DNA of 64,000 nucleotides. Source: the human T2T-CHM13v2.0 reference genome, Homo sapiens. Where the stretch lies: NCBI RefSeq assembly GCF_009914755.1, contig NC_060928.1. One strand, 5' to 3'. A model generated the notes under the pieces. It did no database searches. It was not told where the DNA came from and saw nothing but the letters and a program-made list of their open reading frames with translations. A program made the translations under genes and the position numbers. Below, one piece after another: positions 1-16,133 of this stretch; position 1 is the stretch's first letter; every line of letters begins with the position of its first letter.

Positions 1-141
1 TTTATTAAGTCTTCTCCCAGATGATGTGAGTTATATGCATTAATAAATTTATTTTTTCTCTTGCTAATCTGTGTTTTGTTACCAGCGTTCATCCTAACTA
101 AAAACTCATGAAGGTTGAGGAAAAAATATGTTTTCTCCCAT
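1..141 (+). mobile_element. 3' end of an ERV1/MER4-group-like LTR, cut by the window edge
   Basis: AATAAA followed by ttttctcttgctaatctgtgttttgttac...aaggttgaggaaaaaatatgttttctccca, resembling U5 ends of MER21/MER34/MER39-type LTRs. Confidence 0.45.
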
Positions 142-637
142 GTGGAGGTATTCATACCTTTTCTTTTATGCGAGAGTGTTTATTATTTTTGAGGAAGAAC
201 CTTTAATGCAACACAAAGTATACTTAACCGACACAAACTTTTAAAATTTAGATATATATGTATCTTCTTCTAGTCCCTCCCAAAGAGACATATGGTCCTC
301 CAGAAAATGAATTATATGCTGGGGAAATGAGAATCCTGTGGTCTTTGGGATGCTAAGCAACAATTACCAAGTGACTGATCATTCAAATCTTCCATCATAA
401 GTTCAGTTTTGGCAGAGCCACTAAGTCAATGAGTTAGGCAGACCCCATGGATTGTAACACAGGAAATGATATATTCAGAAATATCCCCCAGGAAGACCAG
501 AGGACATGAGTAAACTGCATAAATACGTGGTCTCAACTCCCATTTTACCTATCACTATGTCACCCATGCCTCTCACTCAACTCATAACCATGACCTCATG
601 GATAGTTCCCTATGAACAACTATAAGAGGAGGAAACA

Positions 638-946
638 GTCCAGGCATGGTGGCTCACACCTATAATCCTGGCACTTTGGGAAGCCAAGGTGGGCGGATCA
701 CCTGAGGTCGGGAGTTTGAGACAAACCTGGCCAACATGGTGAAACCCTGTCTCTATTAAAAATACAAAAATTAGCTGGGTGTGGTGGTGCATGCTTGTAA
801 TCCCAGCTACTGGGGAGGCTGAGGCAGGAGAATGGCTTGAACCCAGGAGGCAGAGGTTGCAGTGAGCCAAGATCATGTCACAATACTCCAGCCTGGGCAA
901 CAGAGCAAAACTCCATCTAAAACAAACAAACAAACAAACAAAAAAC
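638..946 (+). mobile_element. AluS (Sx/Sq-like)
   Basis: Full dimeric Alu with (AAAC)n tail. Explains the 143-aa antisense ORF 610-1041. Confidence 0.95.
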
Positions 947-1359
947 AGAGAAGAAAAGAGTACTGGGCCTTTTTCACAAAGGAGTTGGCTCAGAAAGTTG
1001 GGGTAAATCAAAGATAAAATTATGGTACAGTGAAGACCCACTCAAGGGTAACTCTGACAGACAAAAACATGGGGAAATTGACCAGTAGGCAGAACTTCAA
1101 GCAGTGGGTCTGACCATTTTGTGAATAGAGAAAAGCAACCTGATGTAAGGATAAGACTGGGCCCCTGGGCATCAGTGAATGGGTTGAGTTTTGTCTAAGT
1201 TTGGAAGAAACAAGATTATACAATTGAAAAAAATGGGTTTAGGTCAAAGGAATGTTGACAGAACTGCGGGAATTAATCTGCGGGCAAGTTAAGCATCATT
1301 CTTAACACTTACACATGTAAGCACTGATACATTAATGTTCACCAGGGAGCAATGGCTGC

Positions 1360-2053
1360 TGTCATGTGTATGATTTGTATAAGAATTTATAAAGAATGAT
1401 GTTTAACTTGCCCCCAGATTAAACTTGATTTGATAGAATTTTACCCCTAACTTGTCAAATTGTAAAAATCTTGTCATTAACAACTTTCATAAACTTATTC
1501 ATGTAAAACTTGTTTTGAAACTGCTATTGTTGAGAATGCATTTTCTTAAAACTTTTACCTAAAAAAAAGTAATGTAAGTCTGTTGTTTGTGCTTCAGAGA
1601 GGGCCTGAAGAAGTACTGATAGAGATCTCTGCTAATACATCAAGGTGCTGGAAACTTAAATCTCCCTGTAAAAGAAACCGATAGAAAAGCTCAATCAGCC
1701 ATACCATGAATAAACATTGAGCACCTAGGCATAAATCTCTCTGTGATCATCATGGATTGTGCTGAATTAGGTTTTCTGTGGACTAGAACACTGTAAATGA
1801 ACTCCAACTTCCTTATTCAGATGATAAGAAAATAATTTTGCTAGTAAAGGTAATTACATGCTAGCAGGAGGAGTCAGAGTGCCTTATGCATTGACAGACT
1901 AACCATTTTTAATGAATAAGTACCCCTATTGCCCTTTCTACTCTAATTAGCTCACTGGCTGCTTAGCTTGTGGAAGAAAATGAATGTATGTGTTTCACTA
2001 ACCAAGTGTATGTGTTATCAGTAATTCCTTTGAATATTGTCTACCCTTTGACA
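1360..2053 (+). mobile_element. Probable old solo LTR of unassigned family inserted in ERVL pol
   Basis: TG...CA-bounded ~690-bp block that interrupts the colinear ERVL sequence. No TSD recognisable. Confidence 0.4.
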
Positions 2054-2361
2054 TCTTGAACTGAATAATTTTGCCCTTAACCTTCAGCTAATGCCCACAA
2101 TAAAATAACTGCAAAAGAAGTAACAAACAACCAAATGGAAATGTTGACTGAGTCAGAAGATATGAACTGGTGTCTGGTCTTGACTCTCATGTAATTGCAC
2201 AAGCTCATGAAAGGTGGGGTCATTGAAGCTTCGTATGGGCCCAACAGCACATGTTCTCTCTTGCCAAGACTGATCTAGTTACTGACCCTTGGGAATGTCT
2301 GAATAGTCAGGAGATTAGGAAAACACTGAGCTCACAATGTGGTACAATGCCTCAAGAATAA

Positions 2362-3017
2362 CGTATCATTCTATTGCTGCATAACAAATCACAAATTTGG
2401 TGTTTTTTTTAAAAAATACATTTATTAACTCACAGTTATATAGGTGAGAATTCTGGGTGGGCTTAGCTAGGTTCTCTTTGTAGAGTCTCACAAGGTGAAA
2501 ATTAAAGTATCAGCCAGGCTTACGTCTTATCTAGACATGTGGGAGAAGAATCCACATCTAGATTTATATAAGTTTTTGAAGAACTCCGTTTCACGTGATT
2601 GTAGGACTGTAGGCTCTTCTTGACTGGCTGATGGTCAGGGGTGTTCTGGCCTCGCATACAGCCCCTTGCATCTCCAAAGCCAGGTGGTGTGTTGAATCCT
2701 TCTTGTCCTTCACGTGTCTCTGACTCTCATTCTGTAATATGTAGGAGAAAACTGTCTGCTTTTAAAGGGATTATATGATTCAGTTAGGCCTAACTGGATA
2801 CTCTTCCTTATGATTGACTTAAAGTTTACTGATATCCATGCACATTAACTACATAAAGGCGGTTAAGATGTAGTAACTTAATTACCTTTTCAAAATTATT
2901 TTCTTCATGTAATGTAACAAAATCACAGGCGTGATATCTCGTCATATTCACAGTAATGGGGACTAGGGTCTAGGGTAAGACATCTTTAGGAGCTATCTGA
3001 AAATTCTTGCTACTGTG
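2362..3017 (-). mobile_element. MaLR LTR, MLT1E-like
   Basis: ctattgctgcataacaaatc...tttattaactcacagtt...tttaaagggattatatgattcagttaggcc...catattcacag, typical antisense MLT1. Confidence 0.8.
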
Positions 3018-3302
3018 CATAATTACTAGCCACTTGTGAAAAATAGTTTATATTATACTTCCTCCACTCTGGAACGAACAGAAATTATTTCTAAATATGA
3101 CTCTCAGGTATTCTGGGTATAGTTTCCTTTTCCTGCCTACAACACTTTAGCTAATATCGTTATTCAAGGGATCATAAAATGTGTGATTTATTAGCATGGG
3201 ATTCCAAATAATCACCTTGGATTAAGGGACCAATTTCAAGGCTAAGAAAGTATGACAACTGACAATAAGATCATGGATCCACTCTTCTTACCATATACCA
3301 CA

Positions 3303-3649
3303 TGATATGTACTAAATATTTATGCCCACCACCCAAAAAATACATACAAAGAAGCTCTAATCCTCAGTGAGATGATATTTCCAAATTGACCATTGGGAAG
3401 TAATTAGGTAATGAGGGTAGAGCCCTCACGCTGAGATTAGTGCCCTCAAAAGAAGAGACACAAGAAAGACAACCTTTCTCTTTTCCCAATGTGAAGATAC
3501 AATGAGAAGCCTGCAAGCCAAGAAGAAAGCCCTCACCTAGGAACTGAATCAGCTGGTTTACTTGTCCCATCCTCCAGAACTCTGAGAAATAAATTTCTGC
3601 TAAGTCACCCAGTCTATGGTATTCTGCTATAGCAGCCAAAACTAAGACA
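3303..3649 (+). mobile_element. MaLR LTR, MLT1A/A0-like
   Basis: tgatatgtactaaat...atgagggtagagccctc...aataaatttctg...ctatagcagccaaaactaagaca. Confidence 0.85.
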
Positions 3650-4080
3650 CTGCATCTCTCTGAAGATGACAGCCTGATAAAACATTGAAATAGCCTCTTG
3701 AGAGTGCAGGAAATACGCCAGTGGAGATGACATTTTATGAGGTTAAGAAGCTGTCAGGATTTGGTATACAGCTTAACCATCTGGTATTACATGGTGCTAT
3801 GTCACCAATAATTAGACTACATGGATCTAAATTGAAAGTGATAGTGTCTCTGTTCCCCATTATTTCCAGTGACCCACTTGAATAATTTGTACTTCTGTCC
3901 CCACAATACTGTACCTTCCGGGTCAAATCCTGCTTCCCAGAGGAGGAAAACTTTCACCAGGAGACACATTAAAATTCCCACTAAACCTGGTCAGCCACTT
4001 GATCACTTCAGATTTCTCATGAAGAGTAATTAGCAGGTTAAAAAAAGGAGTTATTACATTTGCAGAGGTATCTCTTTAGT

Positions 4081-4183
4081 TTATATGTATATAAATATGT
4101 ACACACATATGCATATACATATATGTGTATATGTATAATTGTGTATAACAATAAATAACTATATATATACATATATGTACACA
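4081..4183. repeat. Degenerate (TA)/(TATG) microsatellite
   Basis: Direct reading. Confidence 0.8.
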
Positions 4184-5404
4184 TTTAACTTTTCAAAACA
4201 AGCACTTCTTCTAAAAAGAGGTCCAAATTTATTTTCAGCATTATTTTACCAACATAAATATAAATGATTATTATACCTAAGTTAAGAACTCCAATGAGTC
4301 CATTTGGTTCATGGAACACTCATAACAATCTTGGAATATAATCAATCATTTGTTCCATCCAGTAATCTGGAAAAGTTATTCAGAACTGCCTAGATATATT
4401 AGAGTCAATATGTAATACTGACTAATTCTTCAAGAAACACATTTATCAACGAATTCATCAGTAATGGAAGTATTATTCCCTGAGAAATCACCGTGTACCA
4501 TGCACTGAACTAAGTATTTCTCATATAGAAAGTCAACTTACCACCCTGTGAGGTGGATAATATTATTATAATATTTTTATATTATATTGAATATGATGAC
4601 ATATGTAAAATATAATGATAAAGCTACTAAATGGTTAAAATAATAATAATAGAAATTAATTAATGCTCAATATACATGAGATATAGAAATAAGTAAATCA
4701 TCAGCATGTAGTAGTAACTCATACATTTGCTACACAAAATTTTGCTAATGAATTTTGGGTAAAAACAATTTGGTGGAAAACAAGGTGTTCTTCGTGATAG
4801 CTCTTTTTTTTAAACAAATACTTATTTGAAAATTAACACGCTCCATTTTTCTGTGTCTTATATATTGGTTATTTTGATGAATTATGGAACAGAATTTTGG
4901 GCTTTCAAACATTTTAAACAAGTTTTTTGTTGTTTTTACAATTTTGTTTTGTAATTAAGTTTCTCCTTTTGTGAGTTCATTACATCCTACTGCAATAAAA
5001 AATATAAATTGTGTGCAGAAATGCAGTGATAATCAGGCATATCAAATGTTAATTAAAGTAACATCAGCCAACAATGTTATTATTTTCCTTGATTTGCCTA
5101 AAAATATTTAACTTTTATTTTGTGACACCATTTTCAATTTCCCTGTATTTGGCACACTTGTAAGACACAGTTTTCGTATTATTTGTATTCTGTGCCCTGG
5201 CAAATAAGATTGACAATCTTGTTAGAACAATAAAAAAATAGACTTTGAATGAACATTTACAAAAAGTGAAAATATTTTCATTCATTGCATCTAATTTTCC
5301 CTTAGAAATCCATCCTTATGTTCTGTTTCCAGTGTGCATTGATCAGACATATTTTTTCAGAAGTGTGACATGGACAAACTAAAGGGCAAAACTGAAGAAA
5401 AAAG

Positions 5405-5585
5405 ACCTTTGGCATCAGGATGACTAGAGCTCAGATCTCTACTCAAACATCAATTTGCTGAAACAAGCTGTTCAAATATTTCAGATCTTCATTGCCTTAT
5501 CTATAAAATATGAAAAATAATAATTCTACTTTCTAAAGGTGTTTAGACAAGTGCCTGTCACATAGTAAGTATTCCACAGATGTTC
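5405..5585 (+). mobile_element. MIR fragment
   Basis: ttcattgccttatctataaaatatgaaaaataataattctac...aagtgcctgtcacatagtaagtattc, MIR core. Confidence 0.65.
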
Positions 5586-6482
5586 CTTTTCATTGTCCTT
5601 ATTGCTGTTATGAAATGAAAAGTTAATGAAGTATAAATAAGATCAATTGAAGAAACATCAAAAGATGATGTTTCTTAACTACCAATTTCTTGGGCCATTG
5701 ATTTTTAAAATAAAGATTAAATCAACCATACTCAACCCTAAACAAGAGCCATGTCTTTCTACCACTGGTACAAATTCCAATACTTGAATTCTACTTCATG
5801 ACACCTGATGGTTTTCAAAAGCAGTACGTGTCTCATGATACTCTGAACAGTAGAATTCTTAATATGTTTCTCTTTTATTGTACTATCCATTATTTAGTTT
5901 TGGACCTCACAGAATGATTTCAAATACAAAGGTTCGACTATGTATCCTCTAAGAATTCAAATAAAATTAATATCTGCAAGCATTCATCAATTAATTAATT
6001 TAAAAAATTCCCTGTTTGCTTTAATAGTAACACTAAGTTTTGGTTCAATTTCTAATTCTCAACATACGTATATTTGGGAAGAAAATTGATTCATGTACAT
6101 ACACTAACTTTATTTTATTGTACTGTGATATCCACTAAAAAAAGGCATTTCGTTTTTTTTGTTGTTTTTTTTTTTTTTACTAAAATCAAATGCAAACAAA
6201 GTTTGGCTTCTTTGGATATATTTTCCCTAGAAGTTCATACAATGTTTATAGAAAGCCATTAACAAGATAACAAGTGGTAAAGACAATACAGTAGTTGCTA
6301 TTGTTAACACTGTGTTCCAAGAAATAAATGTCCTCCACACTGTTCAGATTACTTATTTCTATGAATATTTATAGATGCGTATTTCTAACAGTGTTTATTA
6401 AAGCAGCCAAAAATCTCCAACTTAAAAATCTCCAACTTAAAAAACAGTGGAAATGTATCTCAGTGAGATAAATAAGATAAAA

Positions 6483-6512
6483 TGTGTGTGTGTGTGTGTG
6501 TGTGTGAGTGTG
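6483..6512. repeat. (TG)n microsatellite
   Basis: Direct reading. Confidence 0.95.
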
Positions 6513-6648
6513 TTTGTAACCAATCTTGGTGGATACCAAGGAAAATTTTAGATTTCTATTAAGTTAAACATTTTTCTTCACCTACAAATTACCAAGCATT
6601 TTGCTGGGCTCTAGGAATATAAAAGTGAAATACTATCTATACTTATTA

Positions 6649-6947
6649 GGCCAGGCGCGGTGGCTCACTTCTGTATTTCCAGCACTTTGGGAGGCTAAGG
6701 TGGGCGGATTGCTTGAGGTCAGGAGTTCAAGACCAGACTGGACAACATGATGAAACCCTATCTCTACTAAAAATACAAAAATCAGCCTGGCCAGGTGGTA
6801 CCCAACTGTAGTCTCAGCTACTCGGGAGGCTGAGGCAGGAGAATAGGTTGAACCAAGAGGGCAGAGGTTGCAGTAAGCTGAGATTATTATGCCACTGCAT
6901 TCCAGCCTGGGTGACAGAGCAAGACTCCGTCTCAAAGAAAAAAAAAG
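6649..6947 (+). mobile_element. AluS with TSD
   Basis: Full Alu. TSD tatacttatta (6638-6648) / tatacttacta (6949-6959). Confidence 0.95.
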
Positions 6948-9279
6948 TTATACTTACTAGCTGTCTATTATATACAGTAGCAGAATATTTATCTCATTGA
7001 GACAAATTTCCGCTGTACTTTAGGTTGAAGATGCCATGCTTTCAGGTGAGTCCAGCAGAGTTATAACATCAGCAGACCAAGAAAGTAATGTTTTCCAGGA
7101 GTTAACAAAGAAAATAAAAGCCCTCTTCAAAAACTAATAAATAAAACTTACTGTTTCCTTCACTAAAATTAATATTTGTGACAGGCATTGTTGGGGGCAA
7201 ATACGTACCTGAATAAAACAAATTTGCATTTTGTCCTGCTAGTCATACTCTAGTATATTCAGACACGTTGTTCTAAGGAACCACTAAAAACAGTTGAAAT
7301 ATAAAACTTTAGACAAAAAATATAAGTGGTTTGCTTCAAGCATAGAATGAAGTACAAAAGATTCTCAAAAAGACCATTCAGCATATAACCATTCTTCAAA
7401 AGGAAAAACACATTCAGAAAGCCTGAATTATTTCTCAAAACTGGGCCAATAAGATGTCATATTTCACAGTAAAATAATTTAAGAAAATGCTCCAACCATT
7501 TCTATTTCTTATCAAGTAAAAACAAATATTAGTAGGTTAGTCTCTGAAATTTGGTGCACTGAAAAAGCTACTGCATTTGATTAAATCCTGTATTTCTCAA
7601 ATTTGAATTTCCTATAAAGACTGTTTTTCACTGATCATCTGTCCTCTAGAATTACCATAGCATAGGGCTATGTTTTAGACATGTTGTTCTACTTTATATA
7701 TACACATGGATTCTCATAAACAATAAAATCAGGACATCTCTGTAAAAGTTAAGATATGCGAATTATAGGATAAAATGGGTGGAAAAGTTATTTTTCTCCA
7801 TTATAATCTATATTCATCTGTTTCTCCTTGATCAATGATTATCTTCCCCAGCATCAAGAATGAGATATGGTCATCAAAACTGTGAATCACAAAGAAATCA
7901 AAGATAAGTTAAATTGCATTGTAATTTTTTTACAAATAAATGTTACTTAAAATGTCATTAAAATTCTCTTTTTCATATGGAATTTCTTCTCGGTTTTATG
8001 TTAGGAATAAAAATAAGAGCATATCTTTGTTCTTAAGTAAGTCTATCCCCTATGATATTAACACTGAGACAAAAATACTGTAAGAGTTTCTATAAACCTA
8101 ACTGTATCAACTAAAAACATCTTTGTGAAATACTTTGCTGTCTTTATTTCTAAAACTCAGAGCTTATTTCCAGTACTGGGAGATTCTACAGTTCTGTAGA
8201 AACATAAAGTCTATTTTGGAGGTTACTACCAAACTATATAGAAATCCAGGTCTAGTTATTTAATTCATCGAAGTTTATTTATGATGAATAAAAACTGAAT
8301 TTTCAAAAAGGATCAAAGGTCTTCAGACACTTTATGAAGGTGTTGCTGTCACTGGTAACTATCACATTAGACTTTTCATAGATTATAAAGGGTTTTAATA
8401 GTCAGGGAAAGTAAGTAACTGCATAAGGTCTATTTAGAATGACCTTCACCATTTTATTCTCCAGGTCACTAGAATAACTAACAGAAAATCAAGTGATTAA
8501 AGCAGAATTAGGTTTGATTAAGTGTAATGTTTCCTCTTAACTGTTTTTCTTAACTTCAGAGAAGATACTAATTGATAGCAGTTGACTAGGGGGTTCTTTA
8601 ATAAGGTCATTCATATTCAAAAATTAATTCATTTTTAACCTGTTTCAGGCACCAGACACCTTAAAGATAACAAACTACTTTTTATACTAGCAGGATTTTA
8701 CCATGAATGAAAGAGAAGCAGAGCAGGATATGCAATATGGACAATAGGTACAACTCATCTTTTAAGAAGTAGTAAAATATAAGTTGAATAATGCAAAAAG
8801 AAGTGGAGAAAATTGTCCCACTCAGTACAACCCTGTACATAATGACAGAATGAAATCATAAAATGTATATTCTTCTCTAGATTCTATCTCAAAATTTGAC
8901 AGTACATTGTTAGATGTTAATTATAATATATAAATTTCAAAAGAGAGCTATAAAGAAATAAAAGGTTGAATTAAGGTAAATTTGATGAAGAAATGATGTT
9001 CTATTTTATTTATATTTATGTAATTGAGAAATAATCCTCTGGATAAACATCTGCAGACATTTTAGGTGGGATATAAGAATAAACATAGCATTCATATTTC
9101 TCACGTCTCATTACCCATTGGAGTAAATGATCAGAAAAAAATAGATTTAAACCTTCATCAAAGTTGAAAATTTAGGAAAGTGTCATTGATGTGTGGTAGA
9201 TACACTTCAATAAGAAGGGCTTGACGGGCTTGGTAGCTGCATTGTGAGGCTGTCTCACCTCTCTTTCACTCCATCTGAC

Positions 9280-9506
9280 CCCTTCCTCCTTTCCCATCCA
9301 AAAAGTTAAGGCTCTCTACTTGGCCTTTTTACTTTTGTGTTCTCATGGATTGGGGCTACATTTTTGTTTTTCCTGTGGTGTTTGACTGGAACAGAGTGAT
9401 TATTGTCTGTAAGTTTTTGTCTAATTAGGCTGCTCTGTTCCTAGTTCTTTAGCTTTAGAGGGCTGGCTTTTTGGTGGGGCCATTCTTATCTATGCCCATT
9501 GACATG
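9280..9506 (-). mobile_element. Old L1M (L1MD-like) 5' region, antisense
   Basis: Reverse complement aaaagccagccctctaaagctaaagaactagg...cagacaataatcactctgttccagtcaaacaccacagg resembles L1MD-type 5' UTR. Confidence 0.5.
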
Positions 9507-9619
9507 ACTCATTATACACAGTATTCACTCTTCTATCAATTAAAGCTTTACAATATTTAAAAATACAAACTTAGTTTGACATGTTAAATGGATATTATCA
9601 TCATATGATATGTATAATA

Positions 9620-11720
9620 TGATTTCCATCCTGATGAAGCTATAAAAAGGCAGCCAATACCCTTCCCACCTCTCACTAGGGTGGCATCAGAGAAGGCTAA
9701 GCAAGGAGCCAGGACTTTCATCCCCATAGGTAGTAACAAGCAATCTCTCTTGTGAAGTTACTGGAGACCATGAGGCTACCTGGACTTCCATACCCATTCA
9801 GCAGTAGTGAGGTACCCCTTCCACTTTTCACTGGAGTGATGTCAGAGTGGTCCTAGTGAAGACTCAGAACTTTTATCATGACCCAGCATTAATGAGGCCT
9901 CTGTCTCTACATGATGGGGGAGGAGGCCACATGGCAAGCAATAAGGAGGCATTCATACCCTTCCCAACCATGGAGGTACAGTGAAGGACTAACAGAGAGC
10001 CAGAACTACCACTTGAACCCAGCAGTAATGAGGGGCCCTCACCCACGTGTGCTAACAATAGCCAAGTGGAGCACTTGGACTTCTACCTCCGTCTGATAAT
10101 AAAGAGAAAAAAACCCCATTCCTCTGCCAAAGTGTTGTCAGAGGATACCAGCTAAAACAGAAGGTTTAAATAAGATTCAAAGTGTTATAACATAACACTC
10201 AAAATATCCAGGTACAATTTAAAGTTACATGTCATACACACAAAGAACGAGGAAAATCTCAAAATAAATGAAAAAAGACAATCAAGATACTAACACTGAG
10301 ATGACAGAGATGTTATAATTATCTGATAGAAATTTTAAAGCAACCATTACAAAAATGCTTCAACAAGCAACTACAAACATGCTTGAAACAAATGAGAAAA
10401 ATAGTCCCAGCAAAATATAGAAACTTTATAAATGAATAGATAACATAAAGCAGAAACCTAACGGAAGTTTTACAACTGAAAATTACACAGATTCTGGGAA
10501 TTAGAATGCCTACCACAACGATGTTTATGAATACGAAGATTCAACATAAAAAAACACATGCCTATTCTCCCAAATGAATTCATAGGTTTAATAGCATTCC
10601 TGTGAAAACGTTGGCACAATATTTTGGTAGATAGAGAAAAAATTATTCTGAAATGTAATACGGAAAGGCAAATAAACAAGAATACTAAAATAATTCTCTA
10701 AAAATATTAAAATGGGAAGAATCAGTTTATTTGATTTCAAGACTTATATAGCTACAATAATTATGACAATATGGGATTGGTAGAGGTGTATAAAGAGATC
10801 GATTAATAGAAGAGAGTAGAGAACCTAGCTAGAAACAGACCAACAAAAATGTGACCAAAGGGAATATAAAAATGGCAAATAAGCACAAGAAAAGATGTCA
10901 ACATCATCACCCATTAAAGGATTATAAATTAAAAGTACAATGAGTTATCACTAAATGCCTATCAGAATAAGTGGAATAAAATACAGCAGCAATACCAAAT
11001 GCCAGTAAGGATGCAGAGAAACTGGATTACACGCATATTATCTTGGAGAATATAAAAATCATATAGCCATGCTGGAAAATAATTTAACATTTTCTTCAAA
11101 ACTAAGCATACTACTTCTATACCACTCAGTAATTGCACTTCTGGGCATTTGTTTCTTAGAAAAGAAAACTTATGTTCATGCAAAAACTGTACATGGGTAT
11201 TTATAACAGTTTAATTCATAATAGACAAACTTGCAAACAACCCAGGTAGCTTTCAACAGGTTAATACTTAAACTGTGGTATATCCACACCATGGAAGACC
11301 ACTTAGCAATAAAAATAAATTAACTATTGATGCACACAACAAGCTGAATAAATCTCCAGAGCATTATTCTGAATGAAAATGTCAATTACAAAATGTTAAA
11401 TGTTACATTACTTCATTTATATAGCATTCTTGAAATGACAAAATAATAGGAATGAAGAATAGATAAATGGTTGCCAGGAGTTAAGGGAGGGTGAAAGTGG
11501 GAGGAAAGTAGGTGTGTCTATAAAATGGTAAAAAAAAAGCAATTCTGGTAGTGATAGAAATCTGTATCATATCAATAGCCTGGACGTGATATTGTATTGT
11601 AAGTTTGCAAGATGTTATTGCAAGCAGAAAGTGAAACCAAGTACATTGGATCTCTTCATATGACTTCGTATAAGTGCATGGAAATCTTCAATTATTTTAA
11701 AATAAAAGTTCAATTAAAAC
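9620..11720 (+). mobile_element. L1MD-like element with large internal deletions (5' UTR repeats/ORF1 start joined to ORF2 end and 3' UTR)
   Basis: Degenerate repeats (ggact/gaact...cagcagtaatgagg) at 9660-10150. ORF2-like text from ~10500. 3' UTR ends gcatggaaatcttcaattattttaaaataaaagttcaattaaaa. Confidence 0.75.
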
Positions 11721-12022
11721 TTAAACAATAATCCAATGGCAGAAATGCCAAAATAAAAGATTAAAATAGTTAATAAATAGAAATATAAACCATTATACAC
11801 AAAATATACCAAAAATTAAATAAACTATGAATTGTGAAAACTGATGGAACTTGGTAATAAAACTGATAACAAAAATATAAATTAAAGAGGAAAAATTACA
11901 GAAAAAAATTATAATTTTAATGAACCTAAAAAAATCAACTGCAATGATAATTATTAATGCTTTTTGACAGAATGCTTTCCTACTCCCAAATTAACACTTA
12001 TTTTAAAGGTACTCTTCAGTGA

Positions 12023-12336
<314 letters not shown>

Positions 12337-12574
12337 TGGTAAAATCTTAAACAGCAGATGTATACATTTATAGATGCTCTTTTTGGAAGCAAGTTATCAA
12401 TATGTACCAAGAATTTTTAAAAGAATTGTAACCATTCCTCCAGTAATACTGTACATAAGAATTTATTCCTGGAATAGATTATTATCCCAAGGATGACAAA
12501 TGGCAGTCTCTGAAAAGTTTGGTACTTAAAATGTTAGTGATAGAGTCATCATAAGACAGAAATTTCTCTGGACA

Positions 12575-13035
12575 CATGAATTCACACATCTGCATAAAAA
12601 CATATACACAAGTATTCTAACAGCACTAACATCGAAAAAGTGGGTGGAAAAAAGTGTTCACTAACTGATAGATAAGCAAAGGAAATATGACATAGCTATA
12701 TGATGAAATATTAGTTTTCAATAAACATAAATGAAGTAGTGAAACATGCTGCAATATGAATGTACCTTGAAAATGTTATTCTAAGTGAAAGAAGCAAGTC
12801 ACAAATGTTCAGAATAGGCAAATATAGAGAGACCTAAAGATTAATTGTCTGAGGCTGAAATGATTGCAAATAGGCATTGGTTTCTTTTTGGGCTCCTTTT
12901 GGAGGTTTAACAAATGTTCTAAAATTATGTTGTAGTAATGTGTGAACAAGTCTCTGGAAGAAAACATTAAATTATATGTTTTAAATGGGTGAATTGTATG
13001 ATGTAAATTATGTCAATATAGCTATTAAAGAAAGA
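12575..13035 (+). mobile_element. L1MB-like 3' fragment
   Basis: ccttgaaaatgttattctaagtgaaagaagc...ttttaaatgggtgaattgtatgatgtaaattat. Confidence 0.7.
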
Positions 13036-13248
13036 TTTTAATGACATAACCTGAAGTGTGAACAATGATATGTATACAGAAAATTATATTGAAAGTTTAT
13101 GCCATGTGACAGAAAACAACCTAATGCCTAAGCATAGGGAAAATGTTAAGCCACTTTCACTTACTTTGTAGAATGAAATATTATACAGAATATAAAATAT
13201 ATTGATGGCAAATTTCTAATAATATGTAAGAATTTTTATTATGTGTTA

Positions 13249-16133
<2,885 letters not shown>

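Larger units (their letters stand above)
400..4070 (+). mobile_element. Decayed ERVL-class internal region (RNase H - integrase - dUTPase), interrupted by four insertions
   Basis: Segments ~400-636, 950-1350, 2090-2358, 3020-3302 and 3650-4070 are colinear with HERVL-like pol. Examples: gttccctatgaacaactataagaggagg; aggcagaacttcaagcagtg; tatgggcccaacagcac...ccaagactgatctag; catgggattccaaata; cccagaggaggaaaactttcaccaggagacac. No intact ORF. Confidence 0.8.

Noticed and set aside
610-1041. 143-aa ORF and similar ORFs at 6633, 12088, 28732, 36084, 46142, 49592 and 62209
   Set aside because: Antisense-Alu reading frames ([14 protein letters not shown] type), not genes.
9660-10150. Spaced degenerate repeats resembling a CRISPR-like array
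   Set aside because: They look like the tandem units of an old L1M 5' UTR. Eukaryotic context, no constant repeat and no cas genes.
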